IMG/VR virus record: IMGVR_UViG_3300024269_000002
Strand: one strand, 5' to 3'
Length of the DNA stretch: 64,000 nt
From: a virus
Taxonomy: Duplodnaviria; Heunggongvirae; Uroviricota; Caudoviricetes
The notes beneath the pieces were generated by a model, which was given only the letters and a program-made list of their open reading frames with translations, was not told the origin of the DNA and did not search any database. Positions 17,127 to 25,553 of the stretch are shown piece after piece. Position 1 is the first letter of the stretch. Every line of letters begins with the position of its first letter. The translations under genes were made by a program, and so were the position numbers.

Positions 17127-20100
17127 ATGAGTGTAAATATTCAAACTCCCGGCGGTCTATTGAAGATTTCTGGAGACAGAGTAACAAAGGAGAACATCAA
17201 CAAAGCTCTTGGATACACTCCTGCAAATGTTGATGAGCTCCCTGAAATTGTAGACGATGCTTCTGAGAGCTTAGTTATTGCAGATCCTTCTGGTAACATA
17301 GCGACACAGATTGATGGACAAGGTATACAAACTGTTAATGATGTTGTTATTCAAACTACAACAAATTCACACAGTGTTGTTAGCCACGTTGAAGATGAAA
17401 CACGACATATTACAGCTGCTGAAAGAACGAAATGGGATAATAAATCCGATTTTTCTGGTGACTATCATGACTTAACAAATCAGCCAAACATCGAAGAGGA
17501 TGAGTCTGGCATGATTCAGATTGCAGATAGTAACGGTAACATCATTGCTCAGATTGATGGTGCCGGTATTACGACTCATGAAGTTATTGTTGATGGTGAG
17601 GGCCTTAGTAAGAAGCTCAAAGATCATGAAGCTGATATGGTTTCTCATGTAACTTCAACTGAAAGAGTTACTTGGAACAACAAATCTGATTTTAGCGGAA
17701 ACTACAATGATCTAGTTGATGCTCCGTCTATTCAAGAAGAAGCTGATGGTACGGAAGTTGTTGTTGCAGACAATGACGGCAACATAATTGCAAGAATTGA
17801 TTCCGAAGGTTTAACTACACATGATGTTATTGTTAACAAATCCGGTGAGAGCGTTGCAGAACACCACAACAACACAACAAGTCATATCACAGCGGATGAG
17901 CGTATTAGCTGGAACAACAAGTCGGAATTCTCCGGCAACTATACGGACTTAGTTGGAGAACCAAACATTACTGAGGATGAGTCAGGAGAATTATCTATTG
18001 CAGACTCAGCTGGTAATGTTATAGCTCGTGTTGACGAAACCGGAATTACTGCTCATGAAGTTACTGTTAACGGTACCGCCCTTGGTGATACTGCTGTTAA
18101 ACATGATGCTAGAATCGGTGTTCTTGAAAGACTTGTTGTGGGACCGGCTGCTGAAGATGATAAGTCTTCTGTTCCTCTTGTAGATATTGTAGCTGAACAC
18201 ATCGAAAATTCTGGTATTCATGTAACTACTGATGACAAAGCTCGTTGGGACGGCAAGACTACAATGAGTGAAGTTGAAGCAAAAGATTATGCAACAAACA
18301 CTCGAGTTGCAGGTCTTGAGGGAACGGTAAACACACATACAAGTGATACAAATATCCACATCACTGCAGAAGAGCGAGTTGCGTGGAACAACAAGTCTGA
18401 ATTTAGTGGTAACTACACTGACCTTGTTGGTGAACCAGACATCACAGAAGATGAGAGTGCGGAACTGAATGTTGCAGATCCTTCTGGTAATGTTATCTTG
18501 AGAGTGGATGAAACTGGTGCACGAACACGAAACATTGTTATTGGACCTCATGAAGAAACTGCAGAGGATCCAATCTGGGATGTTGCAGAAACACTCAAGT
18601 CTCACAAAGCTCATGTAGACGATACAGTAGTACATGTGACTCAAGCCGACAAAGACTACTGGAACGAAAAACCGACCTGGAGCGGTGTTGATGGTAAGTT
18701 TGTAACAAAGGAAACATTCGACTCTCATGTAACAGAAAATAATAAACATGTAGAAGATTTCAATAAACATGTTGCTGCTTATGAAACACATACTAAACTA
18801 GTAATTGCGACAGAAACACTCCCGTCTCATGTAACATTAGCTGAAAGAACAAGCTGGAACGCGAAGCCTACAACGGAAGAAGTTGAAACTGCAATTACCA
18901 GTAAGAAATATGCAACTCAAGCAAATCTTGATGCAACAAATAAAGCTCTAAATGAGACAGATGCAGCTCTTACGGAACACACAAGTAATACTACAATTCA
19001 TGTAACGGCTGATGATAAACTGCAGTGGAATAACAAATCAGAATTCAGTGGCAATTATACAGATCTTGTAGGGGAGCCTGACATTACTGACGAGGGTGAA
19101 TCTCAGAAAGAACTTACAGTTGCTGACAGCTCAGGTAATGTTAAACTAAGAGTTGATGAAGATGGTGCTCGAGTTGATGTACTTGTTGTCGGTCCCTATG
19201 AAGCAACAACCGATAGACCGGTCTACGATGTAGGTCGAACTCTCAAGTTGCATGCGGATACTATAACACAAGATAGAAGTGATTTTGATGCTCATGATGA
19301 TGATTCAGTACGACACATCACAGCTGCTGAAAGAACAAGTTGGAATGGAAAAACAACTTACTCAGCAATTGAAGCGGATTTTGTAAAACAATCAACATTC
19401 AATACGCATACAGATGAGTTTTCCGCACACACCACCGACACTGTAAAGCACATTACTGCTGGAGAGAGAACAAAGTGGAATACTGCCTCCACTGATGCTG
19501 CTGCAATCAAAGCTGATTATGCAACTAATACTGCACTTCAAGAGCACATCAAGACTGCTGCAAGCACTTATGAAACAATAACAAATGTTAACAAAGTTTC
19601 TGCCGCGTTAGATACTCACAAAGCTGTGCTTACAGGAGACGGTTCTCATATTACACATAAAGAACGACAAGCTTGGAATGCTAAACAAACAGCCACACAG
19701 GTACAAACAGCAATAAATAATGCAGGTCATGCAAAACAAACTGATCTTGATACTACTAACAAGAATCTAACTGAAACAACAGCAAAGATTGATAATCATC
19801 TAGCTGCAACAAATACTCACTTCTCAGGTTACTATGTTGACTTAGTCGGTGAACCAAATATTGAGGAAGATGAATCTGGTGAAGTTTCCTTTGCAGATAG
19901 TGATGGAAATGTTATCATGCGAGTTGATAACGATGGTGTTCGTGTTAATCAAGTTGTTATTGGAGCTGCAGAAGATCCTGTTGATGTTGGTGTGAAACTT
20001 GATCAACTTGATAGACGCTTGATTGAAGTTGGTGATCTGCGTGGTGACTGGGGAGTTGCTTCTGAATTCATTACTGACTACACAATTCCTGCTGATGGTA

Positions 20101-20447
20101 AAGCAACAGCTAATGTAGAAGTTCACATGTTTGAGACATTCTACATTCATCCTGAATATGCTGACACATATACAGTCAGTGTAACATATGATGAATGGGC
20201 AGGAACAGTTTGTGACAGAAGAATTCTTGCGGAGCATACAGGCACACATGTTGTTAAAGTGGCTCGTAAAGACGGTACTGCTGTTACAAGTGGTGAGCTA
20301 AGTACAATCAGTAATATTGTGGAACATATCAAAACAGCATTTAGTGTTTATTTTGATAAACTGCACACAATGATACTTAATAACACAACTGAAGTTTCAG
20401 AATCTGCTATAGCATTCGATACAACAAAGTTGGTTGCCTCTGAATAA
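17127..20447 (+). CDS. Long repetitive tail fibre protein
   Basis: 1106 aa with 11 H[IV]Txx[ED][RK]xxW motifs and about 6 FSGxYxDLxxxPxIxED...AD..GN...[IV]D..G modules. Confidence 0.7.
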   Translation: MSVNIQTPGGLLKISGDRVTKENINKALGYTPANVDELPEIVDDASESLVIADPSGNIATQIDGQGIQTVNDVVIQTTTNSHSVVSHVEDETRHITAAERTKWDNKSDFSGDYHDLTNQPNIEEDESGMIQIADSNGNIIAQIDGAGITTHEVIVDGEGLSKKLKDHEADMVSHVTSTERVTWNNKSDFSGNYNDLVDAPSIQEEADGTEVVVADNDGNIIARIDSEGLTTHDVIVNKSGESVAEHHNNTTSHITADERISWNNKSEFSGNYTDLVGEPNITEDESGELSIADSAGNVIARVDETGITAHEVTVNGTALGDTAVKHDARIGVLERLVVGPAAEDDKSSVPLVDIVAEHIENSGIHVTTDDKARWDGKTTMSEVEAKDYATNTRVAGLEGTVNTHTSDTNIHITAEERVAWNNKSEFSGNYTDLVGEPDITEDESAELNVADPSGNVILRVDETGARTRNIVIGPHEETAEDPIWDVAETLKSHKAHVDDTVVHVTQADKDYWNEKPTWSGVDGKFVTKETFDSHVTENNKHVEDFNKHVAAYETHTKLVIATETLPSHVTLAERTSWNAKPTTEEVETAITSKKYATQANLDATNKALNETDAALTEHTSNTTIHVTADDKLQWNNKSEFSGNYTDLVGEPDITDEGESQKELTVADSSGNVKLRVDEDGARVDVLVVGPYEATTDRPVYDVGRTLKLHADTITQDRSDFDAHDDDSVRHITAAERTSWNGKTTYSAIEADFVKQSTFNTHTDEFSAHTTDTVKHITAGERTKWNTASTDAAAIKADYATNTALQEHIKTAASTYETITNVNKVSAALDTHKAVLTGDGSHITHKERQAWNAKQTATQVQTAINNAGHAKQTDLDTTNKNLTETTAKIDNHLAATNTHFSGYYVDLVGEPNIEEDESGEVSFADSDGNVIMRVDNDGVRVNQVVIGAAEDPVDVGVKLDQLDRRLIEVGDLRGDWGVASEFITDYTIPADGKATANVEVHMFETFYIHPEYADTYTVSVTYDEWAGTVCDRRILAEHTGTHVVKVARKDGTAVTSGELSTISNIVEHIKTAFSVYFDKLHTMILNNTTEVSESAIAFDTTKLVASE

Positions 20448-20460
20448 AATCAATACAACA

Positions 20461-20492
20461 AATGACGACCGGGAGTACTCCCGGTCGTCATT
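20461..20492. repeat. 32-nt perfect GC-rich palindrome
   Basis: AATGACGACCGGGAGTACTCCCGGTCGTCATT is self-complementary; no T-tract follows on the + strand. Confidence 0.85.
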
Positions 20493-20536
20493 GTATATAA
20501 TAGTATAACATTCTACCAATGTTGAGGTATTTTATT

Positions 20537-20977
20537 ATGACTGTTACTGAAGCTATAGTAAAACTTAGAAACGATATTATCTCATGGTGTACGCTGAATT
20601 TCAAGAATAAAGTAGATGTAAGTACTACAAATGCAATGCAGTCGAAGCTTGACACACTTGAGGTTCATCCAACACACACTGCTAGAAGCTTGACCAGTGC
20701 TATAAACTTAACTGTTAACGAAAAAGGTCATGTAACTAATGCAAGTGCAGGAACATTTGTTAACCAGATCACACCGAAAATTACATCAGGACATGAGATT
20801 GCTACAGGTAAGAAAACAGCACTTGCTACAAGCACAAATTTCTCGTTATATTCTCCAACAATAACTGAATTGTGTAAAACAGATACAATTATATTAACAA
20901 AGGATCTACAGTATGGAGATCAGACTCCGTCTAATCCTGTTAATGGTCAGTTGTTCTTCTTGAAAGTTCAGGAGTAA
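20537..20977 (+). CDS. Small fibre-associated protein
   Basis: Start moved to ATG 20537 (GAGGT RBS). LTVNEKGHVTNAS fibre motif; C-terminal QYGDQTPSNPVNGQLFF. Confidence 0.5.
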   Translation: MTVTEAIVKLRNDIISWCTLNFKNKVDVSTTNAMQSKLDTLEVHPTHTARSLTSAINLTVNEKGHVTNASAGTFVNQITPKITSGHEIATGKKTALATSTNFSLYSPTITELCKTDTIILTKDLQYGDQTPSNPVNGQLFFLKVQE

Positions 20978-21053
20978 TTAGATAGTGCGCTGCTTTGACT
21001 GATTCAATAGATCAATAAACTACTGTAAACATGTTACTTTGAGGAGATAACTG

Positions 21054-22880
21054 ATGACATTTCATTACTACATTAGATATTACTATGGTGATGACAGTAC
21101 ATTTAACTATAAGGACGTTAGAGTATACTCTTCAACTAGTAATTCCATCTCAGGAGTAACATTTACTCCTGTAATCCCTACCACATGTGGAGGATCAGAA
21201 TATAACACTGGAAAAACAAAGAAAATAACATACAAAGCATTAAATGCATCTGGAGGAGACACTCTCGGCATATCCTGGTCTGTTAATGAGCCTATCTTAA
21301 AGAAATTTCATACTGATACGTGGTCAGGTAAGATAGGTAGTAAAACAAGTGTCAAGATTAGTGATCTTGCATGGGAGTCTGTTATTGAATCTAATGTACA
21401 ACGATTTACACACACAACATATAGAGTAGCCCTAGGAGAATATGTTAGGTTATCTCTTCCTGAAAAATATGAATTCAACGGATTCTATGCAACATCTGAT
21501 GTAAAATATCTAACAGTTAATTATGGTTACAACAAAGATAACAAAAAGATTTCCTTGAACTCTCAAGTATACTCACGAGTAAAGATACGTCACTGGAACT
21601 CAGGTGAAGGAGATGAATTAACTCCTGGTACATCTGTTGATGTGAATACCGCAACTGTTGCTAGTACATACGGTGGACCATACTCTTCACTAACATATCA
21701 TACTCGCAGCGATGCAAAAACATATCAACAACTACTATCTTCCATCGATACAACTCGACCGAATGAAGATTGTTCTTTTCAAGTTAGTCTTAGATCTGAT
21801 CCTGAACAGTTTCATAACTCGGAAACATTGAATGTTAGTGCATACAATACATATCAATTCAACAAGTGGAAAACAGATTCCGGAGATCTTAATCTTTCTA
21901 ATAAACCATCTACAAGCAATGTAACTGTATATGCCGATTGGACTCATACTGACACAGTTGTTCAAACGTCATTACCACAATGGACAACAACTCAGAAGCT
22001 ACAATCCGGATCTAATTCTTTAACTTTGAGTTGCTTTAAAGAGAACACTGACACAATACCATACTTCACAAAAACAGCGTTGAAATATGAGTTCAAACCT
22101 GCAAAGCATGTTAGATGGAAAGTGGGATCAACAAATTACTCGATTGGAACAGTAGTAACCGAAGGTGCGGGAACAACTTATACCGCAGTATGGGAAGTTG
22201 ATTCATCTGGAACATCAACATACGAAATAACAGATAATGTTGTGACGCTTCCTGTACCAACAAAATCAAACTATAGCTTTGGTGGTTGGTGGAATCGCAC
22301 ATCAAGCATTGATTCATCTGTTGTCGGATCTAATTCTTTGTTAAAAAGTTATATTTATCCGCAAGCATGGCTGTACGAGGATACAGGTAGTTATGATGAA
22401 TATACTAAACCTGACACAGAAGTTTTTGTTGCGTACGGATACCTTCTAAATAATCAGGGTGTGAGTGTTCCCGTGCTGTACAAGACTGATCTTGATATAA
22501 CAACGGAGCCTGACTGGGATGAACCATTCTACTATGTTGGAACTGAAGTTTATCAAGGTACAACATATGATAAGTGGAGAAAGATTGAAAATCATCCGGA
22601 GGGGACTCTAGATTGGACTTCAATAGCCTCCTTGTATGTATATACACAACAGATTGTTGTTAATTCAGGGGCTACACATACAGGAACATACACAATTGAT
22701 TCAAATGTTGCACTGTATGCAGTTTGGAAACTAAACTCCGGAACTGTTGAAATATACAATAGCGCAACAAAACAATTTGATAAATATCAGATTGTTATCT
22801 ACAACGAATCCACAGGCGAATGGGATAGATACATTCCAAAGATTGGAAATGGATCTGACTGGTCTGATACATATATGTAA
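21054..22880 (+). CDS. Appendage/receptor-binding protein, paralog A (InlB B-repeat-like motifs)
   Basis: GAGGAG RBS. VYADW / YTAVW / LYAVW and PTKSNYSFGGW motifs typical of B-repeat (Flg_new) units; C-terminal YQIVIY...W..YIPKI.NG.DW. Confidence 0.55.
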   Translation: MTFHYYIRYYYGDDSTFNYKDVRVYSSTSNSISGVTFTPVIPTTCGGSEYNTGKTKKITYKALNASGGDTLGISWSVNEPILKKFHTDTWSGKIGSKTSVKISDLAWESVIESNVQRFTHTTYRVALGEYVRLSLPEKYEFNGFYATSDVKYLTVNYGYNKDNKKISLNSQVYSRVKIRHWNSGEGDELTPGTSVDVNTATVASTYGGPYSSLTYHTRSDAKTYQQLLSSIDTTRPNEDCSFQVSLRSDPEQFHNSETLNVSAYNTYQFNKWKTDSGDLNLSNKPSTSNVTVYADWTHTDTVVQTSLPQWTTTQKLQSGSNSLTLSCFKENTDTIPYFTKTALKYEFKPAKHVRWKVGSTNYSIGTVVTEGAGTTYTAVWEVDSSGTSTYEITDNVVTLPVPTKSNYSFGGWWNRTSSIDSSVVGSNSLLKSYIYPQAWLYEDTGSYDEYTKPDTEVFVAYGYLLNNQGVSVPVLYKTDLDITTEPDWDEPFYYVGTEVYQGTTYDKWRKIENHPEGTLDWTSIASLYVYTQQIVVNSGATHTGTYTIDSNVALYAVWKLNSGTVEIYNSATKQFDKYQIVIYNESTGEWDRYIPKIGNGSDWSDTYM

Positions 22881-22890
22881 GGAATAAAGT

Positions 22891-24360
22891 ATGGTAGATA
22901 TTTACTATATCAGATATTATCATGGACATGATAGTACATTTGATTATACAGATGTAAAAGTACATACTTCTACATCTTCAAATGTTTCGGGAGTAACATT
23001 TATTCCGGTCCTACCGTCTAAATACGGATCTCAGTCATATAACACTGGAACAACAAAGAAAATAACATACAAACCGTTGAACCGCTCCGGTCAGGATACT
23101 CTCGGCATATCCTGGTCTGTCAACGAGCCGATTATTAAAACTTATTCGAGCAGTTCTTGGAGTTCTTTTGATACTGGTAGCAGCGTGGCTATTCTTGACT
23201 TACACTGGCAAAGCAATGCAATTGAAGGTAATGTAAGAAACTTTGTACACACTGTGTATAAAGATGTAGAAGGAGAATATGTTAAGTTATCTCTTCCTGA
23301 AAAATATGAGTTTAACGGATTCTATTCTGTTAGTGATGTTACATATCTGACAGTTAATTATGGTTACAACAAACCTTCCAAACAAATTTCCTTGAACTCT
23401 CAAGTATACTCACGAGTGACAGTTAACTACTGGAACTCAGGTGAAGGAGATGAATTAACTCCTGGTACATCTGTGCTTGTACCCACAGGTATTGTAGCGG
23501 ACACATACAGTGGGCCGTACTCTTCAATAACATATCACACACGAAGTAATGCTAAAACATATAGTGAGCTTTTATCAGGTATTGATACCACTCGGCCTGA
23601 GGAAGATTGTTCTTTTCAAGTTACACTCAAATCCAATCCAGAGGAGTTGCATGTTTCTGAACAGCTGAATGTTGCTGCTTACAAACAGTATCAGTTCAAT
23701 ACTTGGAAAACAGATTCCGGCACTCTTGATCTCAGTAAGAAACCATCAACAAGTAATGTCACAGTGTATGCGGATTGGACGCATACAGGCACTGTTGTTA
23801 GAACAACTTTTCCGGAGTGGACAACTGATCAGTTGTTACCTTATGGATCTGATCCAATTCGATATGTTACACTTAGATGTTACATGAAAGCTCAAGGAGA
23901 TGAGTACTATTCAAAACAGTTTGGCGTCTACGTTTCTAAAAAAGGAAAACATATAAAATGGTCAGACGGTAGTAGTGAATATTCAATAGCAAGTACTATT
24001 CCACTGAATACCGGTGCAGAATATACAGCTGTGTGGGAAGCAGATGCGTCGGCAGCGGCAGTAGAGGGTATTCCTGGCAACACTATGCAAATACCTGATC
24101 CACCACAACGTCCTGGATATACTTATCTTGGAGTAGCATCAGTAGAGACTGCAAAGATTCCAGAGTATGATCCTGGTGCAACAATTCGTGTTGAATCCGA
24201 TACAACCTTGTGGGCTGTATGGAAGGCGAATGGTTCTGGACACTTGTTTGATGGAACAAGTTACAAGCTGTATCAGATATATATTTATGATGGTAATAAC
24301 TGGAAACTCTACTTACCAAAAATATACAACGGAACTGACTGGAACACAGTTTATATGTAA
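22891..24360 (+). CDS. Appendage/receptor-binding protein, paralog B
   Basis: N-terminal ~315 aa aligns with 21054-22880 (56 of the first 81 residues identical by hand count). PQRPGYTYLG, LWAVW and the same C-terminal motif. Confidence 0.55.
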   Translation: MVDIYYIRYYHGHDSTFDYTDVKVHTSTSSNVSGVTFIPVLPSKYGSQSYNTGTTKKITYKPLNRSGQDTLGISWSVNEPIIKTYSSSSWSSFDTGSSVAILDLHWQSNAIEGNVRNFVHTVYKDVEGEYVKLSLPEKYEFNGFYSVSDVTYLTVNYGYNKPSKQISLNSQVYSRVTVNYWNSGEGDELTPGTSVLVPTGIVADTYSGPYSSITYHTRSNAKTYSELLSGIDTTRPEEDCSFQVTLKSNPEELHVSEQLNVAAYKQYQFNTWKTDSGTLDLSKKPSTSNVTVYADWTHTGTVVRTTFPEWTTDQLLPYGSDPIRYVTLRCYMKAQGDEYYSKQFGVYVSKKGKHIKWSDGSSEYSIASTIPLNTGAEYTAVWEADASAAAVEGIPGNTMQIPDPPQRPGYTYLGVASVETAKIPEYDPGATIRVESDTTLWAVWKANGSGHLFDGTSYKLYQIYIYDGNNWKLYLPKIYNGTDWNTVYM

Positions 24361-24371
24361 GGAGACATGAA

Positions 24372-24614
24372 ATGGCATACTCAAAATTGACTTGGCAAAA
24401 TAACGTTACACCACTTAATGCAGCAAACTTGAATAGAATGGAAGATGGTATTCAGGAAGCTCTTGAGGCAAAAGCAGACCTCATTGATCTCGATCAAGAA
24501 GTTCAAACTCTAAATACAAATGTAACTAATCTTACCAATCAAGTTAATGCTAAGAAAACAGTAACAACATCGTTTGATAGTTCAACAGGAACTCTCAAGT
24601 TTACTACAACTTGA
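24372..24614 (+). CDS. Small fibre-anchor protein
   Basis: AAGGAG RBS. MAYSKLTW..PLNAANLNRMEDGI motif followed by a short coiled coil. Confidence 0.55.
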   Translation: MAYSKLTWQNNVTPLNAANLNRMEDGIQEALEAKADLIDLDQEVQTLNTNVTNLTNQVNAKKTVTTSFDSSTGTLKFTTT

Positions 24615-24620
24615 TAATTC

Positions 24621-24655
24621 AAAATAACTCCAGTGAAGATCACTGGAGTTATTTT
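24621..24655 (+). terminator. Intrinsic terminator ending the fibre array
   Basis: AAAATAACTCCAGTGA-AGA-TCACTGGAGTTATTTT. Confidence 0.8.
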
Positions 24656-24704
24656 ATCTTTACTTGTATAATATAATATACTTACTTATAAAGCGAGCTA
24701 TGTT

Positions 24705-25541
24705 ATGAAGTACAGAGACAATGTTTTTGAGGGATATCTCGATGCAGAAGAGAAATTCTATGACTATAGAACATCTGAAATTTCAGGAAATGACATCTTT
24801 GATAAAACAACTACAGGAGTATCATTCTACAATCAATTTCTTGATTCAAAGGATTCAGAGTACCTTCTAAAGAAGAAAAATCTTAGGGGTGAAGTTGTTG
24901 AAATGAGTCCGGAGGAGTACTACATTGAATGTGGTAAACATGGATTTGGTCATCCTGTTAGTCCTGAAAGTTTGAAATCGCAACGAGCATCAGACAAAGA
25001 AACAATTGAACACTTGAAACAAGTGCTAACTGTATACAAGAAAAGATTTCCTATGCCATTCATCAACTATGCAGAAAACGGTCAAGAAGGATTACATAGA
25101 ATGTATGTTGCAGGAGAACTTCTTGGATGGAATTCTCCTAAACATCCTGTTCTGTGTATCTACTGGGCTGATGAAGAGCGTCATAACAGAGAAGTACAAG
25201 AAAAACAACGTGCTGAAATAGAATCAGCTATTGAGTCTGCAGTTAATGATTCTTTACATTACAAATATGCTGATGCTTCTGAATTCGAGGATCAGTTACA
25301 ATATGATCTTGATCGTAGATTTGAATATTTTAACGAAGTTGATAAACCCGTTAGATTTTCTTTATCCTGTAACAATAATGTTGTATCAGTAACAGTTGCT
25401 GATGTTACTTACAAATTTGATGAAGATCAGATACAAGTTGTAGAATCATCTGACATAGATGATATGGATATAGAACTGGATCTTGATGACATTGATCTGG
25501 ACGATGACTTTTTGAAGAAGTATCTAGGTAAAGCTATATAA
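24705..25541 (+). CDS. ParB/Srx-like domain protein with acidic tail
   Basis: EMSPEEY...MPFINY...QEGLHRM resembles the ParB-N DGxHR motif; D/E-rich C-terminus. Confidence 0.45.
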   Translation: MKYRDNVFEGYLDAEEKFYDYRTSEISGNDIFDKTTTGVSFYNQFLDSKDSEYLLKKKNLRGEVVEMSPEEYYIECGKHGFGHPVSPESLKSQRASDKETIEHLKQVLTVYKKRFPMPFINYAENGQEGLHRMYVAGELLGWNSPKHPVLCIYWADEERHNREVQEKQRAEIESAIESAVNDSLHYKYADASEFEDQLQYDLDRRFEYFNEVDKPVRFSLSCNNNVVSVTVADVTYKFDEDQIQVVESSDIDDMDIELDLDDIDLDDDFLKKYLGKAI

Positions 25542-25553
25542 TACGGAGTACTG

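Noticed and set aside
18006-18791. 261-aa minus-strand ORF (also 31922-32647 and 39858-40526)
   Set aside because: These are antisense shadows of strongly codon-biased + strand genes, with no RBS and no recognisable motifs.
17400-19900. CRISPR-like or DNA tandem array
   Set aside because: The repeats are in-frame protein repeats with synonymous divergence; there are no identical direct repeats with spacers and no cas genes.
21054-24360. Diversity-generating retroelement (TR/VR pair)
   Set aside because: Differences between the paralogs are not adenine-specific, both copies are full genes, and no reverse transcriptase is present in the window.
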